A stretch of DNA of 64,000 nucleotides from Eledone cirrhosa (Eukaryota). Below the pieces are notes generated by a model. The model searched no databases and was not told the origin of the DNA. It worked only from the letters and a program-made list of their open reading frames with translations. Shown piece by piece: positions 10,141-22,457 of this stretch (its first letter is position 1; every line of letters starts with the position of its first letter). The position numbers and the translations under genes are program-made. The stretch spans positions 9,114,001 through 9,178,000 of the forward strand of contig OZ024742.1 in the NCBI GenBank assembly GCA_964016885.1, in the 5' to 3' direction.

Positions 10141-13100
10141 TTGAGAGTTGGCTGTTTGAATGCGCGTGGCCTGGGCTCAGCTTGGAAGCAAGCAAAGCTT
10201 CTAAGTGACCTCAGGTCACGAAGTATAGATGTGATGGTTGTTTGCGTGAGTCAGATCAGCAGCATGCGACAGCTGGCTCCCGCCTTCGATGACTTTGAGA
10301 TGCACGCATCTCTCTGTCAACCCGGAGGCGGGGGTGGGGTTGCCGTACTGCTGGATAAACGTCTGGCTCTCGACGTACAGATTGTTCACTCGGACCCGGG
10401 GGGTCGATTACTGGTGCTGGACGTCGGAGGCGGTGAAGGCGGGATTTCAGACTGGTCGGTCTTTATGCCCCCTTCGGGGCTGAAAGAGCCGACTTCTTCC
10501 AGCGTCTGGAGACTTTTCTAAGAACGTCGCGTTCCCTGCTTTTAGTGGGGGACTGGAATGGAATCCTAGATGCGCGTTGGGAATATGCAGGGGCATGTCC
10601 CGATAGAGGGGGGTGTAGCAGCCTCAAGGGGTTACTCCATCGATTCGACCTGGTCGATAGATTTCGACTAGATTTTCCAACTGTGTCAACCTGGACCTGG
10701 GCAAACCGCAGTGGACAATCTAGATCGTACCTAGATAGGTTTTTGGTTCGGAGTAAGGATTTAGTTATCCAGAATTGCTCATCGTTGGCTATTAAGATCA
10801 CAAATTAGTGGCCTGCGTGGTCAACCTTGATAGAACGCATAGACAGGGTCCCGGTTACTGGAAGATGAACTTGTCCTTGCCGGCAAAGGAAGCTTACAGG
10901 AACCGGATTAGTAGCTTAGTTAAGATGCGGTTGACGGGAGCGATCGTCAGCAGCAGGTGGTGGGTATCTCTAAAGAGAGAGATTAAAGTAAGTTCGATAG
11001 GTTACAGTAAGGAACTAGCGGCGAATAGAAATAGGGGGGAAAGGGAGTTAACAGATAAACTAGAAGAGGCGATTAGGAGCGGAGACGTGGCCAGAGTGTT
11101 AGCGGCGAGAACGGCGTTGAGCCAGTTCTTTGACGCGAAGCACGAAGGCTGCGTTGTCCGAAGTAAAATACGTGCTTTAGGAAACGAGGGGACCAAAGCG
11201 GTTAGCTGGGCCCGTGTGACAGAAGCCAAGAGTGGGATTAAATCCACTTTGCGAGACCAGGATGGACGGGTGATCCTTGAACCTGAGCGGATGTGCGAGG
11301 CCTTTCAAAGGCACTTTGCTCGACTGTTCGGAGGGGGCGGGGGGCCGGACGGGGATATGGACTTCGGTCCATACCTCGACCGACTACCGCGTCTTTCGAG
11401 CGGCGAAGCGGAGTGCTGCGAAAGGCCAATCACAGCCACTGAAATCGGTGAAGCACTCAGCCAATGCAGCAGACGCAAATCTCCGGGTCTCGATGGTCTA
11501 CCATACGAACTTTATTTAGCTATGCCGGTCTTGTTCTCCGAACTCCTCGAGGCTGTCTACTGCAACTGGCAACAGAACGGGAGAATTCCCTGTTCTGTGA
11601 CCAAGGGCGTAGTCACGCTAGTGAGGAAGGACGAGAGCAAGGGGGACGACTTAAGTAACTTTAGGCCCATAACCCTGCTGAATGCAGAGTTACAAATTTT
11701 GGCCAAGGTGTTGGCGAAGAGGTAGGCGCTTGTGGTGGGTGGTTTGGTGGGAGACGCGCAGACATGCGCTATCCCGTCCAGATCCATTCACGACAACCTC
11801 CACCTCATGCGATACATCGTAGAGAGGGTTAGGAACGAACCCGGCTTTGGTGGGGCCCTGATCAACTTGGATCAATCTAAGGCGTTCGATAGAGTCGACC
11901 ATGGTTACCTGGATGCGGTGCTAGCGGCGGCGGGCTTCGGACCCGTTTTGAGGGGCTGGATTTCTGCCATGCACAGTGGCAACGTCTGCTCTAGGATTAA
12001 AGTAAACGGCTACCTCTCGGAGCCGTTTCAAATCCCCCGGTCCATCAGGCAAGGGTGCCCTCTCTCCTCCCTTCTGTACGTATTGGCTCTCGAGCCACTG
12101 CTGCGGAAGTTGGAGTTGCTGCGGGGCATACCCCTCGAACCGGGATTGCACAAAGCGGTCTCGGCCTATGCCGACGACGTAACAGTAATGGTGGCGGACG
12201 CCTCGGAAATCGGGGCGATCGCCACCCTACTGGAGGAATACGAAAGGCTGACGGGGGCTAGGCTGAACCGGGACAAGTCAGTCTGTTTGCAACTCGGAAC
12301 GTGGAGGGGCAAACCGATGCTGTTAGACGGTGTCGTCGGGTTGTGGACGGAGGGCCCGGTGAAGCTGCTCGGGGTCTGGTTCGGACCGGACCTCCAGGTG
12401 GAGAAGAATTGGGGCGAGGTGACGAGCAGGGTGTTTGCGCTGACCCAGAAGTGGGCCAAGTGCAAACTATCACTTAAAGGTGGGGCGGAGGTGACGAACG
12501 CTTACATAGCGTCCGTCAACTACTACCGCCTGACCGTCGTGCCTTGCCCTAAGGAAACGCTCACCATCATGGAACGCATGCTCTTCCAGTTCCTCTGGAA
12601 GAAGCGGCCTCCTATGGTAAGGAGATCCATCTGCTGCCTGCACCCTTCGAAAGGGTGGCTGGGTATGCCGTGGCTATTGATGCGTAGGCACGCATTGAGG
12701 CTACGGCATCTACAGGTATTCCTCAACGGTCAGCCAGTGTGGGCCCCGTTTGTGAGGCGAGCCTTCCCACAGCTCGTCTCGCTCACCGAGCTGCAATCCT
12801 GGGTGAAGCAAAGACCGAAAAAACTGGGCAACTGGCACACCGAGTGTGCCCAGGCGCTCACGGCTCTCTGGCAAGCGGACCTGACTATCAGTGGAGAATC
12901 CACCTCGACATTCTATAGAGTGCTGGTGGCTAGCAGGGGCGACGACACCTTTGGAGAGTCGCTAGGCATGGAGGTGGACGAACTGGCCAGCCTGTTCGGT
13001 AGAACTTTCGGCCCGGGACCCATGGACATCTTCCAGAGGTCCCTAGCCTGGCAGTGCTACCTGGGGGCTCTGCCCGTTCGAGAAAAGCTCTACAGACACG

Positions 13101-13549
13101 GGCGCCCGGGCAGGGATCCCGTGAAAAAGATCTGTCCCAGATGCGTGCGCGACGAGCAAAACGTTGCGCACGCACTAGTACACTACTCGGGCGTTGCCGA
13201 TCTGTGGGGCTACGTCGAACGACTGCTGTCGCGTGTGGCGCCGATTCGATTGGCCGCCGAGTCTGTGGTGAACATCAAGCCGCCTCCTCCCTTCAGAAAT
13301 GAAGCAGAGGCGGTCTTTCTGTGCGTAATAGCCATGATGAAAGAGGTTGTGTGGTGGACGCGCCTGAAAAGTCTGAAGTCGGGTGACTTTCTCTCCGGCC
13401 ATCACCTGGTTTACTTCTTCCGATACCACTTCGGAAGAAGGATCAGGATGGAGAGAGAAGTGCTTGGCCCCAGACAGTTTTATGAAAGGTGGGTGAAAGA
13501 AGCGAGAATGGCTCGTGTAAATGGGCCTTCTCTCTACATTGTTCTGTAG
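10141..13549 (+). pseudogene. Tx1 ORF2: APE endonuclease, reverse transcriptase, C-terminal Cys motif; disrupted
   Basis: CLNARGL, GDWN, SYLDRFL, GPGYWK, KSPGLDGLP, FRPITLLN, LDQSKAFDRVDH, RQGCPLS, YADD, CPRC; frameshifts near 10440 and 10800, stop at 11723. Confidence 0.92.
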
Positions 13550-13778
13550 GTGAAGAAGTGAAGAGGAAAGGGGGAGCGCCTCCTCTCTGGGCTTTCCCCG
13601 CGATAAGGGTTGCACATTTTTCGGGGGTATGTGCAATCCCCAACACGCCCCCTCCCTTTTGAGGACTTTTTATTATTATATTATTCTTATTGTTATGCCT
13701 TTTTCTTTACTCGCATTTATGTAAACTCCCCCTGTGTATTTCTCCCTTTCTCTTGTGCCCTCGTGGCAAATAAAGAAA

Positions 13779-13845
13779 TATATCTATCGATCTATCTATC
13801 GATCTATCTATCGATCTATCTATCGATCTATCTATCGATCTATAT
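13779..13845. repeat. (ATCTATCTATCG)n spacer between Tx1 copies 1 and 2
   Basis: Direct reading. Confidence 0.9.
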
Positions 13846-14035
13846 CGCAGGCATAGTATAAACGCGTACAACATCGGCTCCTGCCCTTTTGAATTTTTAC
13901 CTATTGACAGTAAGTGTTTGTTTCTTTATTGTGTTGTCTTCGTGTCTTTTGACCACCCGTATTTTTACCCCTTTTGGGGGTAAAAACTACTCCTAAAAAT
14001 GTTTTGCTGAATCACATGTTTAAAAAATTGACGCC

Positions 14036-15897
14036 ATGTCTGTAGCACGTGTGAACGAAAACGCCACGCTCACTAAGGAAGAAGAGAGAAAGAAGCAAGC
14101 GTTTTAAAAGACATTGTAAAAGGCGATATGCCGGACAAACAAGTAAATACGGGTGCAAACCCAATTAATTACAATGAAAACACTAACAATGACAAAACCA
14201 ACACACCAAATGAGAAAGACAACAACAAAAATGAAAATAACTCAAACTACGAGACACAGAACAACGAGAAACAGAACAACTCAAACACTAACAACGTAAC
14301 CAAAATATCTTTTGCACAGACTGCTAAAAAATCAGTCACCTATGTGCTTGAGGACATAACAAATGCTAAAGAAATGCTTGAAAAAGCAAAAAAATAAGTA
14401 TCTTTTGGCGAAAATGGATCTTTTTCCATCAATTCGCCCCCAGAACTAAAAAAACAGACGGAATTACGAACTGTTGTATTCCGTACAATTGCCAACAAAA
14501 CAAGAAAACCAGCAAAACCATCTCAAGCTGAAATTCAGTTGGTCCTGAAAGAGACTATGAAAGATATAATTTTCATACAAAAGGATAAACTCTATGGGAG
14601 TTTATCCATATTGATGAAAGACGAATTGGCAGCGAAAAAATACTCTGTGACGCCAATTCGTTCCACGCATTACACCTTTTTTCCAACCTACATGGGTAAC
14701 AAAACCCAAAGAATTTGGATAACCACCATCACTCCAAACATAGAATACTGGTGGGTACTAACCGGTTTCCTCAACTTGGACGAGGAAAACCTTATATCAA
14801 TAGGGAAGGCATCCGGCGACGCGTTCAGTGGAACGAGCATTGAAGTTCTGATCCAAATAAGGCCAGAACGTATCGCCCAAATCCCTGAACGCGTCATGCT
14901 GGATGACCGTACCCACCACAACATTATTGTGGAGGGTAGGCGTCACTCCTGTTACCTCTGTGGCAACAGAGGTCACCTGAGGGCTGCCTGTTCCCAGCTC
15001 ACACCGAAAAAAACATTGCTACCAACACCCAACAACAACATCAAAAACAACCAACACCACCACCACCCCAACAGCAACAACAAAAACAACCACAACAACA
15101 CGAACCAACAACAACAAACACGTGAAAAAACAACACAGAACACTGTCCCACCCAACCCCTCCTCACCCAAAACAAATACAAAAACACACACACCGCAAAC
15201 ACTACCAGAAAACATACCCCTCCCACCCAACAAGGAAGACGAACCCCTTTCGTCGCAAGACGAAAAAGATCCCTTCCAAATAGTAAAAAGAAAGAAGAGG
15301 AGGTGCACCACAGACACACTTATTAACATAAACCCTCCCCAACAGAAAACAAACTATATACAAACCACCCCTACCCTTCACACAACACTAACTGCTACGC
15401 AAAAAAAGACTTTACAATATACATACATGAAAACAAACAACAAAGAACTAATGAACACAATTTCGTCAAACTCTTTGGTCCAAACTGAAGGGCCTAACTT
15501 TCTAACTGCTGTGGGACTACCTCATCTAAAAATGGTTAAAGTCCCAATGAACTTATTCAAGACATTGAAAATAAATTTCATGGAGGACGTGCCCCCCCCC
15601 CCCATGCACCAAGCCAATCAACCGCGTCCTCCTAAAAATACCCCCACCCACCCAGACACCCAGTCAACTACAAACACCCCAACCCCACAACACACTGATG
15701 CCCCCTACACTTCCACAAACCACCACCCCACCCAACAACCCATCCCCCACCCTCATGCAAATTGTGCGGCCCCCTCCCCGGGGCGCAGAGAGGTAAGTGC
15801 CTTTTCTCCTTACCACCAACATGGCTGTGTTGAGAGTAGGGTGTCTAAATGCGCGTGGCCTGGGCTCACATTCGAAGCAAGCAAAGCTTCTAAATGA
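14036..15897 (+). pseudogene. Tx1 ORF1 (CYLCGNRGHLRAAC knuckle), disrupted near N-terminus
   Basis: ORFs 14128-14397 and 14539-15897 are homologous to copy 1 ORF1. Confidence 0.8.
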
Positions 15898-17540
15898 CCT
15901 CAGGTCACGATCCATAAGTGTGATGGTTATCTGCGAGGTCCGGATCAGCAGCGTGCGACACCTGGCCCCCCACCTTTGATGACTTTGAGATGCACGCATC
16001 TCTGTCAGCCAGGAGGTGGGGGTGGGGTTGTCGTTCTGCTACAAAAACATCTGGGTTTCGCCACACAGATAGTTCACTTAGACCCAGGGTCTAGACTGGT
16101 GGTGCTGAACCTTGGCAGTGGTGAAGGTGGAGTCTTTAGGCTGGTAGCCGCATATGCCTCTTTTGGGACAGAGCGGCCCGACTTCTTCCAAAGTCTGGAG
16201 TCTTTTCTAGGGACGTCCCGTTCCCTGCTTTTAATGGGGGACTGGAATGGTATCCTGGATGCACGTTGGGACTATGCAGGGGCATGTCCCGATAGAGAGG
16301 AGTGTAACAGCCTCAAGGTGTTACTCGGCCGATTTGACCTAGCCGAAAGATTTCGACTAGATTTTCCGACTGTGCCAACCTGGTCTTGGACAAACCGCAG
16401 CGGTCAATCTAGATCGTATCTAGATAGGTTCTTAGTTAGAAATATGGACAGGGACTTTTTAAGTTGTCCAAAAATGCTCATGGTTGGCTATTCAGACCAC
16501 AATTTAGTGACCTGCATTGTCAACCTTGATAGAACGCACAGACAGGGTCCCGGTTACTGGAAGCTGAACTTGTCCTTACCGGCAAGTAAAACTTACAGGA
16601 ACCGGATTAGTACGTTAGTTAAGGAGCGGTTGACTGGAGCGATCGTCAACAGCAGGTGGTGGGTATCTCTAAAGAGAGAAATTAGATTAGTCTCAATAGA
16701 ATTTAGTAAGGTTTTAACTGCGGATAAGAATAGGAAGGAAAGGGAGCTGATAGATAGAGTAGAAGAGGCAATTAGAAGCGGCGACATAGCCAGAGTGCTA
16801 GTGTCAAGAACGGCTTTGAGCCAGTTTTTCGACGCGAAGCACGAAGGCTGCGTTGTCCAAAGTAAAATACGTGCTCTAGAGAACGAGGGGACCAAAGCTG
16901 TTAGCTGGGCCCACGTGACAGAAGCCAAGAGTGGAATTGATTACACCATCCGGTCTTTGCGAGACCAGGATGGACGGGCGATCCTTGAACCTAAGCAGAT
17001 GTGTGAGGCCTTTCAAAGGCACTTTGCCCGATTGTTCGGAAGGGACGGGGAGCCGGTTGGGGAAGTGGACTTCGGTCCATACCTCGACGGCCTGCCGCGT
17101 CTTTCGGACGAGGAGGCGAAGTCCTGCGTGGAGCCGATATCAGCCGCTGAGATAGAGGACGAGCTGAACCAATGCGGCAAATGCAAATCCCCGGGTCTCG
17201 ATCTGTGGGGATATGTCGAACGACTGCTGTCACGGGTGGGACCGATCCGGTTGACCACCGAGTCTGTTGTAACGATCAAGCCGCCTCCCCACTTCAAAAA
17301 CGAAGGAGAGGCGGTGTTTCTGTGCGTAATAGCCATGGTGAAAGAGGTTGTATGGTGGACGCGTCTGAAAGGACTGAGGTCAGACACCTTTCTCTCTGGC
17401 CAACAACTGGTCCGTTTCTTCCGATATCATTTCGATGGATGGAGAGAGAGGTGCTGCACCCCAGCCGTTTTTATGAAAGATGGGCGAAAGTGGCGAGAAT
17501 GGCCCGTGTGAATGGGCTTTCATTCTACATCAGACTGTAG
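15821..17540 (+). pseudogene. Tx1 ORF2 lacking RT (APE endonuclease + C-terminus)
   Basis: MAVLRVGCLNARGL, GDWN, YSDHNLV, GPGYWK; no YADD. Confidence 0.88.
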
Positions 17541-17929
17541 GTGAGAAAGATGAAAGATCAAGGAAGCACCTCCTCTCTGTGCTTCTGAGGAGAAGGGTTG
17601 CACACATTTTTCGAGGTTATGCGCGACCCCCAAGGCGCCTCCTCCCTATTGAGGATTTTGTTATTCAAATTATTTTTGTCATATTTTATATTTTATATTT
17701 TTATATTTTGTTATTGCCTCCTCCTTATTGAGGACGCCTTTTTATGTAAACTCCCCCCACTATAGTTGTCCCACTCTTTGATGCCCTGGTGGTAAATAAA
17801 AAGAAAGTTATCTATCTCTCAATCAATCTACCGTTCTATCTATCTATATATCTATCTGTTTCTCTATCTGTATGTCTGTCAGCCCATCTAGCTGCCTGCC
17901 TGTCTGTCTGTCTGTGGTGTACTTTATAC

Positions 17930-18380
17930 TCTTAGTATAACCCCTTGTCCTTTATGCTCTGAAAATATGAAGTGAAATACATGAATTTCGTTCGCAGGAC
18001 GCCAGAAATAGAAACCTGAAAAACAGGTTCTTTGTGGACGATGTGAAAATATATTCCAAGAATAGGTTATGAAGGAAAATCTTGATCCGGTTACGATATT
18101 CTGAAAAGACATAGGAATGGAGTTTGACCAGGTTAAATGATTCTGTATGATTGTAGAGCGACGATGAAACATGGAATATAACACCCGGGTAAGAGAAATA
18201 TGAGTTTAGGAAATTTCTCTGCACAAAGAATCTGTGGCCCACAATGTGGTTGTTGTGTCTGTGTTGACAATAACATTGGACTACTTAAGTGGACACTTAA
18301 TGAGATCCAAGTCATTCATATTAAAACGAAAATATTTTCTTACCAACAGCGGAATATTAGGAAAGATGAGACAATGGTTT
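17930..18380 (+). mobile_element. Highly degenerate R4/Dong-type RT fragment
   Basis: FVDDVKIYSKN, KDIGMEF, AHNVVVVSVLT, GLLKWTLNEIQVIHIKT in shifting frames. Confidence 0.55.
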
Positions 18381-18587
18381 TATATGCTGGTAACATATAG
18401 ATATACACATACATAGATTTATAAATACATATAAATGGATATGTATGTATGTATTTATGCATTCATATATATACGTGTGTGTGTCTTACTTTTTATTTGT
18501 CAATCCTTCCCTCCTCTCATTCTCATCTCAAAAACATTCACTCTCACACTCTCCTCTGTCTAAGTATATATATATATATATATATAT

Positions 18588-18948
18588 TTAAAAGTTAAAC
18601 AAGGTTCAATGAATAAATCAAAGAATGAGTTTTACAATAGATTGGAAGCACTCAACAGTTATGATTTTTCAGAGTTATTAATATTAATTCAAAATATTAA
18701 CAAAATAGATATTCTTGTGATAAAGTATATTTTATTATACATATTTCAGAGGTACTGAGTTAACTTTAACAGTACGTCCTCATCAGATAAAATAATATGA
18801 TGCATGACATACGCTGACATGTCATGCATCATCTTATTTTATCTGATGAGGACGTACTGCTGAACTCAACTCAGTACCTTTGAAATATGTATAATAAAAT
18901 ATACTTGATCACAAGAATATATATTTAGTTAATATTTTGAATTAATAT
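18588..18948. mobile_element. Fold-back PLE pLTR remnant with two opposed hammerheads (family B) in (TA)n
   Basis: Inverted arms ~18691-18810 and ~18817-18945; left arm carries the extra tail; homologous to 51830-52030. Confidence 0.8.
18837..18899 (+). ncRNA. Type I hammerhead ribozyme motif (family B)
   Basis: TTTTAT-CTGATGA(18843-49)-stem II GTACTG..CAGTAC-GAAA(18882-85)-TATGT-ATA|ATAAAA. Confidence 0.75.
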
Positions 18949-19192
18949 ATATATACATTACTGAGTGTGTATATCAGGAGATAGGGGCAAGTTTGTTTGT
19001 TTCTTTGTGTAGTCTTTCAGAAGATGAGACATAGCATTATTGACAATTTGAAAGGGGGATAAATGGACGAATGGAAATACATGCAGAGATTTATTGAGAG
19101 GTGGAGCGATTGGTAATATAGTAAAATGAACATTTACAGAGCTGCCCAGAGTCTTTCTAACCCCCCTCTCTTTCTCTCCCTCTCTCTCTCTT

Positions 19193-19466
<274 letters not shown>

Positions 19467-19469
19467 AAG

Positions 19470-19521
19470 GAGCTTCTACAGGACTAGTACTGTTTCATTC
19501 AGATAAAATCTTCAGGAAGCT
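19470..19521 (-). ncRNA. Type I hammerhead motif (family A)
   Basis: rc AGCTTC-CTGAAGA-TTTTATCTGAAT-GAAACAG-TACTAGTC-CTGTA|GAAGCT. Confidence 0.7.
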
Positions 19522-19810
19522 GGGTGTCATATTAAGTTCTGGTATTTATACATTTAGGTAGTGGTAAGGGAGGGATGGTGGAAGGGTGGGAGGTGGGATG
19601 GTATTTAGGTACACAGGACCATTTCATGGCACAGGCCGTTTTTTCTTTGGGGAGTGGTCAATTAGCCAGAGTGATTTTTTGAAATAAATAAATAAGTAAA
19701 TAAATAAATAAATGAATAAATAGATAAAAGAATAAATAAATAAAATAAATAAAAAATAAATAAAAATAAATAAATAAAAATCCCAAGAATAGTAATTCAA
19801 CAGATATATA

Positions 19811-21740
19811 TGTTTCTTTTATTTGCCACCAGGGCATCAAAAGTGGGACAAGTACAATGGGGGGAGTTTACAAAACAAGGCGTCCTCAATAAGGAGGAGG
19901 CAATAACAATATATAAAAATAAAATAAAATATAACAAAAAATAAAATTTATAACAAAGTCCTCAATAGAGAGGAGGCGCCTTGGGGGGGTCGCACGCACC
20001 CCCGAAAAAAGTGTGCAACCCTTCTCCTCAGGAGCAGAGAGAAGGGGTGCTCCCTTGGTCTTTCATCTTCCTCACCTATAGTCTGATGTAGAGTGAAGGC
20101 CCATTCACACGGGCCATTCTCGCCACTTTCACCCATCTTTCATAGAAACGGCTGGGGTGCAGCACCTCTCTCTCCATCCTGATCCTTCTTCCGAAATGGT
20201 ATCGGAAGAAACGGACCAGTTGTTGGCCAGAGAGAAAGGTGTCTGACCTCAGTCGTTTCAGACGCGTCGACCATACAACCTCTTTCGCCATGGCTATTAC
20301 GCACAGAAACACCGCCTCTCCTTCGTTTTTGAAGAGGGGAGGCGGCTTGATCGTTACAATAGACTCGGTGGTCAACCGGATCGGTCCCACCCTTGACAGC
20401 AGTTGTTCGACATAGCCCCACAGATCGGCAATGCCCGAGCAGTGTACCAATGCGTGTGCAACGGTTTCCTCTTCGCACACGCATCTGGGACAGACCTTTT
20501 TCGATGGGTCCCTACCCGGGCGCCCGTGTCTGTAGAGCCTTTCTCGAACGGGCAGAGCCCTTCTGTAGCATTGCCAGGCCAGGGACCTCTGGAAGTTATC
20601 CATGGGTCCCGGGCTGAATGTCCTACCGAACAGGTTGGCCAGTTCGTCTTCCTCCATGCCTAGGGCTTCTCCGAGGGCGTCGTCGCACCTGCTAACCACC
20701 AGCCCTCTATAGAATGACGAGGTGGATTCTCCACTGAAAGCCGGGTCCGCCTGCCAGAGAGCCGTGAGCGCCTGGGCACACTCGGTGTGCCAGGCGCCCA
20801 GTTTTCTCGGTCTTTGCTTGACCCAGGATTGCAGCTAGGTGAGTGAGACGAGTCTGGGAAAGGCTCGCCTCACAAACGGGGCCCACACCGGTTGACGGGA
20901 GAGGAATACCTGAAGGTGCCGTAGCCTTAATGCGTGTTTACGTATCATCAGCCACGGCATCCCAAGCCCTCCTTTCGAAGGGTGTTGACAGCAGATGGAT
21001 CTCCTCACCATAGGAGCCCGCTTCTTCCAAAGGAATTGGAAGAGTGCGCGCTCCATTTTGGCGAGCGTTTCCCTTGGGCAAGGCACCACGGTCAGGCGGT
21101 AGTAGATGACGGACGCTATATAAGTGTTCGCCACCTCCGCCCGACCTTTCAGGGACAGTTTGCACTCGGCCTACTTCTGGGTCAGTGCAAACACCCTGTT
21201 CGTCACCTCACTCCAGTTCTTCTCCACCTGGAGGTCTGGTCCGAACCAGACCCCGAGCAATTTCACCGGACCCTCCGTCCAGCGCCCGACGACGCCATCG
21301 GAGGGCATCGATCTGCCCCTCCACGTGCCGAGTTGCAGACCGATCGACTTGTCCCGGTTCAGCGTAGCCCCTGTAAACCTTTCGTACTCCTCCAGTAAGG
21401 TGCCGATCGCCCCGATTTCCGAGGCCGTCGACACCATTACTGTTATGTCATCGGCGTAGGCTGACACCGCTTTCCGCAATCCCGGTTCCAACGGGATGCC
21501 CTGCAACAACTCCAACTTACGCAGCAGTGGCTCTAGAGTCAATACATACAAAAGGGAGGAGAGAGGGCACCCCTGTCGGATGGACCGCACGATTTCGAAC
21601 GGCTCCGAGAGGTAGCCGTTCACCTTGACCCTAGAGCAGATGCGGCTGCTGTGCATGGCATTGATCCAGCCCCTGAAAACGGGTCCGAAGCCTGCCACCG
21701 CTAGCACCGCATCCAGGTAACCATGGTCGACCCTATCGAA
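19811..21740 (-). mobile_element. 5'-truncated Tx1 LINE copy 3 (RT C-half + 3'UTR), 6-7 bp TSD (A)TATATA
   Basis: RQGCPLS, YADD, CPRC..HALVHC; 3' end closest to copy 2; TSD 19804-19810 / 21740-21746. Confidence 0.92.
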
Positions 21741-21955
21741 TATATAGTAGGGAAATTTAGGTGGGTTTGTAATAGAAATTAAACATTTAACAAGACCGAA
21801 TCATGGCACAGACTGGGGTGAGTGGTCAAGTTAACATACAAGCCACAGGTGGCCAGAGTGTTTTTGTAGGATGGAAAAAATAAAATATATTTACATACTC
21901 ACAACCACATACAAAAACACTTACACACACATATATATACACACACATATATACC

Positions 21956-21984
<29 letters not shown>

Positions 21985-21994
<10 letters not shown>

Positions 21995-22457
21995 CGTAAA
22001 ATAAGAAAATATATTTTTTTTTTTAATTTTAAAAAAAAAATGTTAACTTCCTTAAATTTTCACTCCAACTAATTAGTTTCTGCAATGGGATAAAGACAGT
22101 TACGTAATCCAACTGTCGAGAATTCATTGCGTCATCAGGGAGTCTATTCTCAGTTAAGTCTCCAGGCAATGCGCGGACACTGGCGGCTCATATAAAAATA
22201 ATAATAATTCGGTAGATCGAACAGCTTGCGAGTACTGGATTCTATGTACCGAAATTCTCACTGCTTCAAGTCAAATGGCCGATTCTAAAGAATCAATCAC
22301 GTGACACAGAGGCTAGTTAGAAGGAATGGGATGGTAAGATGACTGACGCCTACTAACACCCCAAAAAAAAGTTTTTTTAGAAGTGGTTTTGGCAAGTTTG
22401 CTCGACAAATCAGTGATTTGGAGATAAATATAGATAATTTAATATATCAACTAACAT
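21985..22457 (-). repeat. Inverted partial head copy of the 560-bp unit with intact hammerhead core
   Basis: rc of the unit from TATGTTAGTTGATAT to TTTACGTCTTTTATAT; TCATCAGGGAGTC at ~22132-22144. Confidence 0.92.

Larger units (their letters stand above)
8147..13778 (+). mobile_element. Apparently full-length but decayed Tx1/L1-clade LINE (copy 1)
   Basis: 5'UTR, ORF1 with zinc knuckle, ORF2 with APE endonuclease + RT, 3' AATAAAGAAA; (TATC)n on both sides. Confidence 0.9.
13846..17808 (+). mobile_element. Tx1 LINE copy 2 (different subfamily) with internal deletion of the RT core
   Basis: 5'UTR motifs shared with copy 1, ORF1, APE domain, then KSPGLD fused directly to LWGYVERLLS; 3' AATAAAAAGAAAG followed by TATCTATC. 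Confidence 0.9.
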
